Below the pieces are notes generated by a model, which did not search any database, was not told the DNA's origin, and was given only the letters and a program-made list of their open reading frames with translations. Below, one piece after another: positions 21,204 through 37,649 of a stretch of 64,000 bases of DNA (positions are counted from its first letter, which is position 1; every line of letters begins with the position of its first letter). The stretch is from Lobosporangium transversale (taxonomy: Eukaryota), in assembly GCF_002105155.1 (NCBI RefSeq), contig NW_019028999.1, positions 310,001-374,000 of the forward strand. The letters are read 5' to 3'. Both the position numbers and the translations under genes were made by a program.

Positions 21204-22888
21204 CTATTTTTCATGGAGGATCGGACTTTGTGAAAAGTGCAGTGGTGGTAAAGATGGGTGATTGTTGCCATGGTAATATTCGCTTTCCCTTTGGCTGCGT
21301 TCGCGTGGATCTACGAATCCTAGACGATAATTCCGTGCTGGAGCGCCTTGATACTGGTTGTATGTGCCATATGCTGTTGAGGTATTGGATGAACCATTTT
21401 CGTAAACTGGAAGGGTCGGAGGGGGATACAAGTCCTGTGTCTCACTTCGCCGATGTTGATTAGGGGTGTGGCTGCCGCTTACAATGCCGCTATTGTTGGA
21501 AACACCGCCACTGGCAGCTGCAACTTGGTAATGATTCTGTGTAGGTGAGCGTTCTGGAGAATAAGATGCAAGGTTTTGTTGATAAAGTCGTTGTTGTTCC
21601 AACTCAAGTAAACGTTGTTGTTCCTGAACCTGATTCGCTTGTTGCGTATAGGTGCTTTTTGGCGGAACAGGATAAGAGCCGTGATCAGAAGAAGGCGGAC
21701 TCGCCTGGAGATCCTCAGCAGTGTGATTCTGTCCCCCACTGGGGTCGCTCGAATAACCGTCATTTGCAGCATAGGTGTGACTCAAAGGTGGGGTTGTTGT
21801 GTTGCATGCAGCAACAGCAGCAGAAAGTGCAAGCTCGTCTTGCGAAGGTTCGGCGATCTGTGTACGAACTGGAGGTGTACTGACAGGTTGTGGTTGCCAA
21901 CTAGTGACCGCAGCTTTTACTTGACTTACAGCGGCAGCAGTATATTCGGAGCCATTATAAATCCTCATTCTGTCTGCAGCCTGTGAATCTGTGTCAATAA
22001 CAAAGGTGATGGCTCGTCCATAGCCTGCAATAAGAGCCATCTTTTCAGCATATTCGAGCATAGCGTCGAATTTTGAATCAAAAGCATCCTTGATTGTTAT
22101 ACGTTTGAACTGCATGAGCTCCAGTTCCTGATTCAGCAATTCCGCTGACACTCGTTCGAGTGCGCTCTGAAGCTCCATCAATTTAATGGGGTTTTCTTTG
22201 CTTGACTTTTGGTGCTTTGTGATTTGCGCAGTAAGGTCGTGTTTCTTTTTCCGATTCTAGAAGATAATAAACCACACAAGGAAACAGGGATTAGCGTAAA
22301 GGAATATAGAGAGTTGTAAGTCTTATGACAAACTTTTCCTCAAGTCGGAACTTTTTTTTTTTTTGTGCAACAATGAGATCGAAAGCATGACTGACAGACA
22401 ACTAACCTCCTCCAAAGTCATCTCTTGGGTTTTGATGCTTTTAATAGCCTTTCGATATGCTGTATGTCGTAGTGAAAATGCCTGTTGGATCAATCCTACT
22501 TCCTATGTTCATCCAAGTTTGAGTGGTTGAAATGAATAAAGGGTTAGAGTGGATGATAGGTCTGATTTAAAATATAATCAATAACCGAGACCAATCCTCG
22601 AAAAAGACATGATGTCTACTAAAACTTTACCTCCATTAGTTGCGACATGCGCTGACAAACATCTGCGAGGTCATCGCCCTCTGTAGAACCCCATGTAGCG
22701 ATCAACTTTGCATCAGCCGATATTTCTTTGTCCAAGGTCTTGAGAGTTGAGTCTATATTTTTCATTTCTGCTAACCATTTGTTGATGTTTTTATAGTTGT
22801 TCCTATACATTAAAAAAAAAAAAAAAAAAAAAAAAATCAGCTTTCACATTCAACATGCTCATTCTACTAAAAGTAAAGATATTTTAAT

Positions 22889-22926
<38 letters not shown>

Positions 22927-22985
22927 CCTCCAAGCGGATTGATATTATTAAGACCTCTTCGGAGGTCATGACCCATACTTTGCAT
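21204..22985 (-). CDS. Eisosome PIL1/LSP1-like BAR-domain protein with a disordered C-terminal tail (multi-exon)
   Basis: WGSTEGDDLADVCQRMSQLM; ELQSALERVSAELLNQELEL..FKRITIKDAF..KFDAMLEYAEKMALIAGYGRAI resembles the Pil1/Lsp1 BAR core. Confidence 0.8.
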
Positions 22986-23827
22986 TTTCGTAAATCGAAC
23001 CGTGATGAAAAGTTTATTCTGGTAGGGTTAAAAAGATAGGGAAGATAGAATACAAAAGTAAGTGCTAGTGATAGTGTTGGTGTTAGTATGGGTAGGTAGG
23101 TGAATGAGAATGAACGTGAAAATTAAAAGAAAAGATGAATGTGCAAAAAAAAAAAAAAAAAAAAAAAAAGGACGTTAAATACAACCCAGGTGCCAAGAGA
23201 TTTGCTGTCAACGTCAACGGCACGCGGGCTTTTTTTTAAACTCATCACATCATACCTGCTGGACAATCCAAGCTCTAATAAATGTTTCAGTCTTTAATGA
23301 CAAATGATCCATTCTGCTTGCTTTAGTGCTATCATAAAAATAGATGATGATGTCTCTTTACCTAATCCTCTGTCCAATAAGACTGCTTCACCAGCCTCAG
23401 CACAGCCACCAATATCGAAATCCTAGAAATGCACCAGAAAAGGCTGCAGACCACCATGGACACCCTGAACACCCTGAACACTATGGACATTCTAATCATC
23501 GAAAAGAAGCAAGTCCATACGTCCTACATACTGTTGTAGACGCAGTGTATGAACATGTACAAAATTAAAGGCACACAGACAGGTGACAAACCATTCTTAC
23601 TCTCACAATGTTGTTTGTTTGTTGCGGCTCGCCCAACTCGCTGTGGAGAAGCACTGAATCCCGGAGCAAGCAATTACTAAAAAAAAAGTGAGCCGTTAAC
23701 GTATTTATTCACTTTATTTTTTTTTTTTAAAGAGAAAAGAACAACTTTTTCCATATTCCTAATACTTCCCACGCGAGTACTTTCTTTTTTTTTCTTTACT
23801 TTTTTCTTTTTCTCCTACGCAGATACA

Positions 23828-24606
23828 ATGTCGAACCGTCCTTCCGCCAAGGCTATTGCCAAGCTAAATGCTTCAACGCTCTTTCCAGAGATTCGAAAAG
23901 GTAGAGTAATTGTAATTCATGGAGCTAACAGGTTGAAATGAACATGAACATCGCGTCATTTACTTCTTTTTTTTTTTTTTTTTTTTCTTTTCTTTTCTTT
24001 TCTTCTTCTTATATTAGAAATCACTGCGAATCCTTCATTGTTTGCTATCCATGGGTTCTTTATATTTAACATCACTAAGCGAGGAGTTCCTATGACTGAA
24101 TGGTATGATACCAACGCCTTTTTAGAAACATTGTAATCCCGGACCTTTTGAAACGAGATAAAGGTTCATATGATTCTATTGTCTAATATTCTAGGTACCT
24201 CCTCTTTCAGGGATTTGATGCTCCCGCTGTTGTCTCTCAGAAGAGGCCAGAAATTCCCAAAGCAAAGCGGGACCAAGACCCTATCCCTGTAGCGATTCTC
24301 CAAATCGAGGACTCGGACCTGCTCAACTTTATGAGCGGAGGCTTAACTGTAAGTGCCCTTTCTTTCCTTTCGTCGTTACTTTTTTGAAATGATACTTAAT
24401 TCATTCTTCTTTGGTTCTTTACTTTTACCTTGTTCTTTATGAAGGGCGCTCGCGGCATCGTGAGCGGAAAGATCAAGATTGCAGGTGCTATAGAGTTGGC
24501 AGAGCAATTGGAACAAATCTTTAAGAAGGCAAAGGGGCCTGAAAAGACACTCGCGTATTTGGAGCACAAGCGAGGAAAGTCTGAAAGGGCCAGGGCACGT
24601 CTTTGA
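23828..24606 (+). CDS. SCP2 sterol/lipid-binding domain protein with C-terminal PTS1 (-ARL), 4 exons
   Basis: Not in the ORF track as a single ORF. Spliced reading MSNRPSAK..FPEIRK / ..FFIFNITK..EW / ..ILQIEDSDLLNFMSGGL / ..GIVSGKIKIAGAIELAEQL..RARL* fits the SCP2 fold. Confidence 0.8.
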
Positions 24607-25110
24607 AACACAGAGTCATTTTAAAGAAATAAAAAGTTTATTTTGTGAGGAAACGAGAAAACGCATGACAAATACATTTAAAGAAAGGAAGAAAGGCCTT
24701 GGTGCCAGAGCAAATGCAGCCAAAGGTCAGTGCGTAGCATAGTGGGGAAAAACGCGTGCACAAATCTACTTTTCACTCTCAAGTAAGAAACAGTAACAAG
24801 TCCAGTGCTCACAAGGCAAGCGATAAGGATATGAAAGAAAGAAAAGAAAGAGAGATAATGATGTACGTTTATATATATATTCCTTATTGCGATTGAAATA
24901 TTGGCGACATGTCGTATAGTCGAGAGAAGTGTATTGTATGGATGCATTCTATACATGCAGTAATGTATATGTTACATGATCACAAGAATAGGAAAGTTTG
25001 TTGTTAAGAAAGAAAAGAAAAGATGAAAAGAAAAAGACACGTATAAAAAATCTTTTTTAGTTTGCTGGCGCAGTCTGCATGGTCAAACGCGGCAGTCTGT
25101 TTCACCAGCC

Positions 25111-25142
<32 letters not shown>

Positions 25143-25396
25143 CGCCTTCTTTTTTATTTTTCTTTCTTGCCGCTCTTTTCTTTTTCTTTCTTTCTCTTTT
25201 TTTATTTGCTTGTTCACATCTACATCCACGTCCCCCCATCCCCCATCCCCATCCTCCTCGCTATCCCTCTCTCTAGTCTCTTCTCTTTTTAATCCTCGCC
25301 CACTTTCTTTCATTAATCTCCCTTCTATCTCTTCTCTTTTTATCAACTCTAATTTGATAAAAAAAAATAAATAAAAAATTTCTTCAGCATCTCACC

Positions 25397-25524
25397 ATGT
25401 CTCCTGCCATGGCCGAAGCTGCTTGTTCGCACATTGTGCAGACACTTCAAGGCCACATCATCTTCCTCAATGACCAAGGTGTCATCACAGACGAATCTCT
25501 CAAAGTGTAAGCACGCTCTTAATA

Positions 25525-25560
<36 letters not shown>

Positions 25561-27406
25561 ATTAATAGTTTTGAATACTAAACTTCTTTTTTCCCCTCGC
25601 TTTCCTCTTTCGACACTTTTAGAATCCTGTCAGAACTATGCAAACTCGATCTACAAGCAATCTCCTCACCTGGGACCGTTGTTCCTGCTTTAGCCCCAGC
25701 TCCAACCCCACGTTCTCAACCTCGTCAGGAAGCCCAATCTGAACACAGAACGTCAATTGATAATGACCTACAGATGCTCATCCTCCCTTCACGGTCTTCA
25801 ACCAATGTAGTAGAGTTCACCAAGCAATCCCCAACCTCCACCGCCACTCAGAATAAAGCTCACGATCATACCCTTGCCTCTCAAACCTCTCAGCATAATG
25901 AACGTCATGATGAGGACTCTGACAACGAAAGCGATTATGAGCTTAGCCAAGAGACTGACCGTTTGCAGCAGGAGCGCCTTCTGAGACTGGAGGACATGGA
26001 CCATGCTCCAGGTGACCACAACAATACAGATCTCACGACTGGAGAGCTCGATAATCTCCTAGCCACCAGTACAACAGACGACTTGGACCAGGACGAGAGC
26101 GAGGTCGCCGTGCTTGAGGATGCTGAAGCCGACGAAGACCAGAACCAGTCAACGACCCAGGTTGTGAAGGAACGCTCTTTATCTGTAGCCTCTAGTCCTG
26201 TTGTACTTAACACTGCCGTGGTGTCTCCACACCAAGCTGTTGAGGCTCCTCCTGCTGCAGTGCCACATTCTCAAGGTTCTATTGCAAGTTCTGTGAATAA
26301 TTCTTCCGTTGCCTTTGTACCTGCTGCTCAGGAAAAATCTGAAGAGCAATCAGGAAGGAGCACCCAGCCTTCTGACTCTGGAACAACAACATCTGGTGTA
26401 AACATTCAAGAGCATTCTGAGCACCATCACACACAATCCCAGCCCGCACATTATGAGCATTCACATCATGTCGTCAGCCCTGTCTATACCCATGGACATC
26501 CGGCGGAGCCCGTTTCAGCGCAACCGGTCGTTTACAATGCAGCTCAGCCCAGCTCTGTATCTTCACCGCCAGTATTCTACCCATCCCAGGTGTTCACTCC
26601 TCCCCATCAGCATCAACAGCATCAACAACATCAACATCAGCATCAGCAATTGGAGCATCCACAACAGACAAATCCGCCCAATGTGTCTTCTCCCATAAGA
26701 GAGACAAACATGTCCATCTCCGATATTTTAGAAGAAATGGGGGATACCAAGCGCCCTACACATGCTCAAGAGCTCTCTTCATCCCGCCACGTCCACGAAA
26801 CCTCTGCTAGTACTGCGGAAACCACTGATGGAAAAGACTCAATGACCTCCATTGATACCGGAAACCATTCTGAACAGCATGCACCAACTCCACCCCCAAA
26901 GGATGAATATATCACTCCTGTGACCTATCAGCCTCCAGTCTTGCGTCAAACACCTCACTCTAATGCCGAAATAGCGCCCGTGCCAGCGTCGTCATCCTTC
27001 CCAGAGCAGATCATCCCACAACCATTGGCAATGCCTGTTCAGGCCTATCAGTTGTATCAACCCAAGCCTTACCAACCAAAGTCGAAACCATCTGTTAAAT
27101 CTCAACCTCCAACTCAGTCATCTCAGGAACAAGTGCAAATTTCTGCGCAAGCACCTGTTCAAGCACCGACACCCGCACAAACACATGAGCCCACACCGAC
27201 GCAGGACATCACTGCACAGAATCTGGCTCATTCGCAAGCTCCGGTTCAACCTCATTTACAACAGGCGTCGTTCCAGTCTCAAGCTCCTTCACAGCTCCCT
27301 GTGCAAGGCCAAGGTCAAGTTATATCAAACTCAACTCAGGCGCCAGCATCGGCACAAACCCCCCAGCACCAGTATCACCAGACGTTGCCTCATCAACAGT
27401 CATATG

Positions 27407-27437
<31 letters not shown>

Positions 27438-27501
27438 ACACTATCACCAACAACAACACCCTACCCACAATCAGTTACAACATCAACAAAATATGTACTT
27501 T

Positions 27502-27535
<34 letters not shown>

Positions 27536-28338
27536 CACTGCCACACCCACCTATACATACAGGAATAGATTTGCATAATGCTTCCAGTGCCGCAGAACCA
27601 CCTTCAGCAGGCTCCTCAGTAAGTGAATCGTCAGCAAAGCCAGCAGGAAAGCGCTGGATGAATGCTATCCGTCACTCTTTGCTCCCCAAAGATAAAGATC
27701 CCAAGAAGGAAGACAAAGATGGTAAAGGTAACCAGGGTATACATCATGAGGCGGTAGTCACTCCATCACCCCAAATGCAATTTACACCCGGACAGGCTCA
27801 ATTTTCTCCTCTGGGTCAGTATGGTGTTCAGCAGATTCAGCCACAGCCCCAAATCCAACCTCAAATCCAACCCCAGTATGTGCAAGGACAAGTCGCAGTC
27901 TCGTCACCCTATAGTCTCAATCAGCCCTTGAACCCTATCTCCAGCGCTCAGGCATCTGCTGCAGCAATTGCAACATCTCTTCACAATCGTCAGGATTCAT
28001 TCCAGAGCAACCCTTCCACACCCCAAATCCGACAGCAATCACATCCTTATCTACCCCAACAGGAACAGAGCCAACAACAGAGTCATCAACAGGCTCATCA
28101 ACAGGTTCAACAGCAGGTTCAACAGCAGGTTCAACAGCAGATTCCACAGGGTCAACAGCAGGGTCAGCAGCAGAGCCAACACCAGATTCCACAGCAAGGT
28201 CAACACCAGATTCCACAGCAGGATCAACAGCAGATTCCACAACAGGGTCAGCAACACGGTCAACGTCAGCCCCTGCAGCCCCTGCAGCAACATCAACAAC
28301 CCTTCCAAGCCCAACAGCCAGGACAGCAGCAATCATAC

Positions 28339-28421
<83 letters not shown>

Positions 28422-29298
28422 GCAATCGCACCATGGCCCCTTGCAGGTCATCACGGCGTTGACTTCGGAAAGTAACCCATCAGGATCTATGGCTGCCCAG
28501 ACAACCCGGGACAGACATACTAAGCATTTGTCTAACCTTTCCAACACTTCATTTAATGGAACTTCGCTGAAGCCTGAAACGCACGAGGCTGCCTCTGCCG
28601 CCTCTGCAGCCTCTGCAGCAATCAAGGCTGCACGTCTGTCGACCTCATCCTCGCCTGTAGCTTCTCAAAACGCTAGAATGGAAGGTCCAACCCTCGGTCC
28701 CTATCAGACACCAACGCAGCCTCAGCAGCAGCCGATGGTCCAGCAGCAAGAGAGCCAACAACCACCTCCATCACCTGTATCAGATGCCGGCAGCCATATC
28801 TCTATCATCTCTGAATCTCGTAGTATTCAGGTTATTGCTCGTGCCCAAGCCATGTTTGACTTTGCAGGCGAAGACGAGGGCGATTTGCCCTTCAAGGTTG
28901 GCGATATTATCAACGTCATTGAGTACCGTAAGTGCCTTTCGCTTGGAAGCCATGCTCTGCTGCAGTAAAGTTTAATTGTGCACTATTTCTAGCGTACTTA
29001 GCATTGTTTTATTTTATTTCACTATACCCGTAGTAAATGCGGATTGGTGGCGTGGTATTCTGAGGAAGAATATTGGAATTTTCCCTACGGCATATGTTCA
29101 GCTCTTGTAAGTACGATTATCTATCACATAAATTACCAACAAGTTTATAGTCTAAGCTAAGCATACTAATCAAAGTTTGGTATAATTATTAAACTTCTTT
29201 GGTAATTAGGAAACCTCCTACTAACGGCCAGTATCCGGCTATCAATGTCTCTGTCCGTCAGTCCATAATTGGCCCATTATCTCCTAGTGATGGCGCCC

Positions 29299-29368
<70 letters not shown>

Positions 29369-30101
29369 ACAGCAACAGCAGCAACATCAACAGCAGCAAA
29401 ATGTAGGGCATCAGAACAATCAGCTTCATCAGCAGCCTACATTCCGCGCCAACTACGAGCCTTCAGCGATGAGCGGTGATGGTACATCAGTGCCCACATC
29501 ATCAGCGACTCCTCAATCAAGCGCCCCTTTCCAGCCTATGGCTGTGGCTTTGACTAATGCAAAGACAGGCGGATCCCAATCAAATCTTCATGCATCCGAA
29601 GAGGCAGGATCAGCTGGTTTCCCTACTCCACCGCCACCTCCCCCGGTCTCTCAGTCAGCAACATCTGTGTATACATACTTCCCAGGCTCTGGAAACCAAC
29701 CTCCTATTTCACCTCCACCAAACATGAGGAATAGTGTAAGTCAAGTGCGACCTCCATTCTCGCAAGGGTCAGGATCTTTTCAGGGACAAGGCGGAATTCT
29801 TCCGAGTACTGTAGCCTCGCCCTCGTCATTTGCGCCAAACCAGAGCCATCCAGTGTCACCTATTTCTCCACAACAGCACCGATATAGTCAGCAGCCAACA
29901 CAATACCAGCAGCAACCTACACAGTTTCAGCAACAACAATTCCAACAACAAGGTCAGTACCAGACGCCATATTCACAGCAACCACAGCAACCTGGATCCT
30001 TGAGTCCAGCAGGGACGACAGATGCCATTGGGACCCACTCCCATATGACGACTAAGCAGATGGCTGCAGCTGTCAAGAAAAAGTTTGGCTCAAAGTGGTA
30101 A
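25397..30101 (+). CDS. Large Gln/Pro-rich SH3-domain protein (Lsb1/Pin3-like architecture), 4 exons
   Basis: N-terminal helical exon MSPAMAEAACSHIVQTLQGHIIFLNDQG; SH3 AQAMFDFAGEDEGDLPFKVGDIINVIEY / NADWWRG..IGIFPTAYV; ends KKKFGSKW*. Confidence 0.8.
28339..28424 (+). repeat. Coding (CAACAG)n repeat encoding poly-Gln
   Basis: Directly visible; a second CAA/CAG tract lies at ~29298-29399 and shorter ones at ~27408-27533. Confidence 0.95.
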
Positions 30102-30435
30102 TCAGCCAAGCCAAGTGCCAAGTTCTAGCAAAAGCCAGTAATGACATCAAATATCCACACCAAAATCAAACAAAAACAAAAAAACAAACAAACATACGAT
30201 ATTGGCTATAGTTACCGCAATCATTGATGAGCGAAAAATGATAATGTATCTTTTAAGACTGAAAAAATAAAATCTCAACGAGATGACTATGTTACCTTGG
30301 TTGCAAACGGAAATAAATTGATAAATGCATAATAATGTCAAATACCGCTTTGTTTTTCCTTTTTAGTGGCAACAACACTATCATCATTATCATCACCGCT
30401 GTCATCCGTGCTCAGTGCTCAGCGCCCCATGTTAA

Positions 30436-32575
<2,140 letters not shown>

Positions 32576-32736
32576 ATGCAATAGTTTCTCATTCACAAAC
32601 GCATAGATAGTCTTTTTGTTGCTATGCATTATAAAAAAACAATAAACCCCCTTCAAAAGATTGATCTCAAAATTAAAACTACATGTGAATGCACATTTTA
32701 TGTACTTTTATTAATATTGTATTTTACAACTTTTTT

Positions 32737-33924
32737 TTACAGCTTAGACTTAGGGTTGTCAGGCTCCATGATGGCGCGCATGTTGAGTTCCTGAGCACAT
32801 ACCTCTGGGTATCCGTTGGCCATGCTGGGCTGCAACCAGTTTCCGCCATCGACGATCAAGACCTGTCCAGTAACGAAGGCACCAGCCTCGGAGGCAAGAT
32901 ACAAAGTGGCATGTTCAATGTCACGGACTTCGCCTAGACGCCCAATGGGAACACGAACCCCATCGGCCTCTCCGGGAGATAATTTGGACATTCCAACTGT
33001 GTTGGCAATTGGACCGGGGGCAATGCAGTTGGAACGGATACCAAGAGGGCCCCACTCGTTGGCCCAGACAAGGGAAAGAGCATCAACACCAGCTTTGGCA
33101 GCACAGGCATGTGCTTGGAAGACCTGACCGTTATAGGCTAATGTGGCGGAGACATTAATGATAGAACCCTTGGATTCCTTCAAGTAAGGGAAACAGCACT
33201 TTGTGGTATTGAAGGTTCCGATCAGATCAATCTCAATCACGGATCGGAAGGCATTGAAGGATAGATGTTGAGAGAGTGACAAGAAGTTTCCAGCTGCACC
33301 ATTGACGAGGATGTCGAGACGACCATAATGCGCAATATGCTTCTCCACAGCTTCTTGTACTTGTTTAGGATCACGGACATCAGCGGCCACAGCAAAAATC
33401 TCTCCACCAGTTGAAGCGCGCATCTCCTTGGCTGCAGCCTCTAACTTTGACAAGCTTTTTTTTTTTTTTTTTTTTAAAAGAAATTGAAACTCAGTATTCT
33501 CAAAGAAAAAAAAGGTGGTGATCCTCGTCCCTTTTCCTTCGGCTGACAAAAGGAGAAAACATCGATCAGGAGGGAAAAAAAAAAAAAAAAAAAAAACTGC
33601 TTACGTTCTGCTGACAATAGTGACCTTGGCACCATGACGGGCCAATGCCTCCGCCATGCCCTTGCAGATACCGGATCCGCCACCTTTTTTTTTTTTTTTT
33701 TGTTATTTTTTTTTAGTATTGTACAAAAAAAAAAAAAAGGTAAGTATAAGGCAGCGTGGTTGAGTATAGCATTAACAGATCAACTCTCTCCTGCATTGGC
33801 TGACATGACAATGTTCATTTGCATGGAGATGAAGAAAAAAAAATGTACCTGTAACAAAGGCAACTTTGCCTTTAAGGATATCCTCCTTGAAAATGGAGTT
33901 GGTGGGAACAACTGGATTAGGCAT
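32737..33924 (-). CDS. SPS19: Peroxisomal 2,4-dienoyl-CoA reductase (SDR), 3 exons, PTS1 -SKL
   Basis: IFKEDILKGKVAFVT/GGGSGIC, VNGAAGNFL, VIEIDLIGTFN, HACAAKAGVDAL, EWGPLGIRSNCIAPGPI, C-terminal SKL. Confidence 0.93.
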
Positions 33925-34676
33925 AATGTAGTAGTTTAGTTGGGTAGAAAAAGACTTTGTAAAGGTGAAAGCGAAGAGTGAAGAGAAAGTGAGAGCGGTG
34001 GAGAGGTGAATAATAGCAGGATAAAGAAGAAATAGTGTAAAAGATCATGGGCCGAATATACTTAAATGGATAGCATTTTCGATCGCAATGGAAAAATTAT
34101 GCCGAGGCGAGGAACGAGGGTATTTTTTGCTTTTGATCGCTTCAGGTCTGTTGAGCATATTTAAGCTTTTTTTGCACTCGGGCATACCTTGAACCTCATT
34201 CTTTATAGCCAATCTGGGTAAAATGTAACCGAGAGGTCTATTCGCTTTGTTAAGACAAAGAAGGTCTAAAAATAAATAAAAAATATTATCAATGGATCGA
34301 AGGCCTCTCATTATACTACATAGCCCATGAGTGATTGAGTATAGGCAGTCTCTCTTTTGTTTCATCATCCTCACCCAAGCTTTACATGGAGATTACTAAG
34401 GAGAAGTTGAAAATGAAATAATAATACACTTTCACATTTGGTTATCGATCAATTTATTTGTAGACTACATAAGAAGGGTTTGTGTATGGTCTTTAACGAG
34501 ACTTTTTTTTTCTTATTTTTTTTTTTTTTTTTTTGTTTAACAGCTTTTCTTCTCCTTGGACAAATCGAAGCAAAATAGACGAATATGGTTTTATTCAGAT
34601 GTGAATATCCTGACATTAAAGAGATCGCCTTGCTTTGTTGCTCTTAATTATCCTGACATCGTGGTTATTTTTTTTT

Positions 34677-35472
34677 TTAATGCGTCATGACATTGTCATA
34701 TTGAATACCGTTGACAGAACCTCCACGAATACTCTTGGCGACATTGGTTTCAAAGTTACGACGGTTCGTTCGCAAGTCTTCTGCTGCCTCCTTATTAAGC
34801 GGATCATCAGCATTAGGTTCCAGAAGAAGATATTGCAATCCAACCATTACAGAATTTAGCGTCAAGACAGGTTTCCAATCCTCACGAAGAATATTTAAAC
34901 AGATCTTGCCGTCCGCCTGAATGTTGGGATGGTAGATCTAAGCAAGTTTTTGTTTCAAATGCGTGGATAAAACGTGAAATTTTCCAAATCCAATCAAATT
35001 TGTTAGAAGCTATTTGGTGGCAAATCGAAGCCTCGTGATGCTTGACACTGAATAACAAATAAAGTCATCACTCTCCCTTTGGATTGGATTGCATCCAATA
35101 CCTTTTGCAAACACTTGACACTGGGTGCATCATGAGGATAGTTTCCGTTAACAGAGAATGAAAACTTGAAAGTTCCTCCAGCGTAAAAACCTAAATGCCA
35201 TAGGACAGTGATAATAGGGTGTAAGTATTGATTCAATGAATTGTTACTCCACGCAAGCTATTTTTGTGAAATTGAAGGGCTGCTAATATCAATGTTCTTT
35301 CCAGCAAAGAAATTGTTTATGCTAGGAAAAAGGAATGTACCCGTTCCAAAAGTCTTTCTTTTTTTTTTTGAGCGGTTTGCTGATTACACATCAGTCTCAT
35401 TACACTGCCATGGTTTCCAGAAATCTTTTTTGTTGTTGTTATTTTGCAGTTGAATCACTTATATGCTTGAAT

Positions 35473-35506
<34 letters not shown>

Positions 35507-35838
35507 CCTCATGTCCTGCACGTTTGTCCTCACCTTCATCAGGAGAAATTTCAAGTTCAAAGTTAAGCAAATCATCAGGAACTGGGAATGTCATCTTCAT
35601 TGTCTTTGGTAGGTCCAGTTCACTCAAATCTGTTACGAAGAAGTTTTTGATATAATAAATAGGTTAGTACCTTCAATAATAATAGTCAACACTCTCCAGC
35701 ACGAAAATAAAAAGTTCTTTGGGCTGTATGGTAGTGATCAACCGGACCTTTCTGCACACGAATCTGACCGGCAGTGACTTTTTGCTTCTTCTTATCAACC
35801 CCGGCATTCTCTTTCTTCATGGTCCAGATTTTAATCAT
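34677..35838 (-). CDS. UBC12: NEDD8-conjugating enzyme, 4 exons
   Basis: [72 protein letters not shown]. Confidence 0.95.
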
Positions 35839-37146
35839 TGTGAAAAGTCGCTTGCCGAAAAAAATATATATGGATATTAAAGTCTCTAAAAGGAGGATGA
35901 GGTGAGATGCAGATTTATGGTAAATGTCAAAGAGTCGATGGTTGATGAGCTGAGGAATGTGTTGATGAAAAAGGCGAAGTATGTGAAGAGCGAATGGAGT
36001 GGAAACAAAAAAAAAAAAAAAAAAAAAAAAAAGAATTACATTTCATGTTCTGCGGCATTCAATTCTGTCACACCATTTCTAATCTTCAAGAAGCATCCTT
36101 CAATTGCACAGATCCCAGAAATACAAGATCGACTAGTCACTTTTTTTTTTTAGTCACCAGAGTGATTTTAGTGATTACAAATCTTTGCTGACAAAAAAAA
36201 AGAAAGAAAGATATTAGAACTTAAGAAAGCACCATTAAGCGGTACGATGTTAAGGAAATAGAATGAGTGCTATTAACGTATACAAAGGACAAGGGCTGAC
36301 AAGGGTATGTGGGAGGCTATCTACGTGTTGAACAATTTTGTAAAATACACAAACTCACAGCTTACCCTCATGCATTACATTGACCACGGTTTTTGCAAGC
36401 TTGCTCAAAGCACTACACCAAATCTTCATGGGGTTTTGTGTTTTTACTGAATTATGAACCTTCCATAATTCGAATTCACTAAAACTGCTATCTATCCACG
36501 GGTTAATTGAACAGCAAGGAGGGGTTTTTTTCCTTTTTTTCTTGGCCTGATTTGGGCGAAGCACCAAAGCTATGAAATGAAAGAATGCTCCGTATAAGCA
36601 AGACTTGATCTCTTTTCTGCTACTAACGATTATGACCGAGCTTGTTAACCAGGATAAGGTCCTTACTAACGGAAATTTGCATTCTAAGAGATCTATGTGG
36701 CAACATGCACGCTGAACATCTGATTATAAAATATAGTGTACGACACACGAGCTAGTACACAGCATCACCTAGACGGGCTGAATTCTTCGTAGACCAGATC
36801 AACTCTTTTTCAAGCACAAAAATATATATGATAGGGGCGAAGGTAGAGAGATACAAGTCGACAAAACATTGACTGGACGAAATGTTGAGATATAAACTGA
36901 AGAGACAATGAAAAAAAAAAAGACGCTTTCGTTTAATATCGTTAAGTGAAGGAACATAGAAGAAATATTGATTAATATATAATGTCTATGTGTATGATAA
37001 GAGCGAGATGCTTAGATTGATAAGGAGCTAACAAATGCATAAGAGATATATATTACAGAAATAGAGCAGAACAAAGATGAGGACGGTAAATAAAGAAAAT
37101 TATAAAAATCGATGGGACTACAGTGCCGAGTGATTAGTGATCCAAA

Positions 37147-37649
37147 CTAGCGTCCCTTGAGGTTCCCAGCCTTCTTTTTGAGTCTCTTGAGCTTGTTGGC
37201 GGACATCTTGGCGGCAAGATTGGCAACTCTCTCCTTCTCTTCCTGAATCTTCTTCCTTTCTTCAGTAATCTCTCTCTTGCGCTATCAAAAAGTGTATCAA
37301 ATAAGATAGATCATAGATGATAAGGTGATGTTAGGAGCATTAGTTAAAACATTACCATATATTCTAATACAAAGATTACTTGTTGCAACCATCCTGATAC
37401 AATAAAAGGGAATGTTTTTTTTTTTTTTTTTTTTCAACTTACTCGCTTCTCATCAATCTTCTCCTGAGTCAATGATTTTGCAAGATTTCTAACAATGTCA
37501 TGTTGTTTAGTTTTGGCCATGCGCTCTGTATATGCTTGTTTCAAGGCCTTGGGCATCTGTGAACGACGAGTAGGGGCCTTTGCCAACTTCCATTCCTTCC
37601 CAGATACACGACTTGATGGTTCCTGTGGTGTGGGCTGTTTGGCAGTCAT
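37147..37649 (-). CDS. CGR1: rRNA-processing protein Cgr1-like, 2 exons
   Basis: RVSGKEWK, highly basic coiled coil, EEKERVANLAAKMSANKLKRLKKK. Confidence 0.85.

Noticed and set aside
27935..28625. Antisense and alternate-frame ORFs with poly-Cys, poly-Leu and NS repeats
   Set aside because: Shadows of the CAA/CAG polyQ repeats in the SH3 gene.
35900..37100. 1.2-kb gap between UBC12 and CGR1 as a possible ncRNA or gene
   Set aside because: No convincing ORF, tRNA or paired snoRNA boxes recognised by eye; an Infernal scan would be needed.
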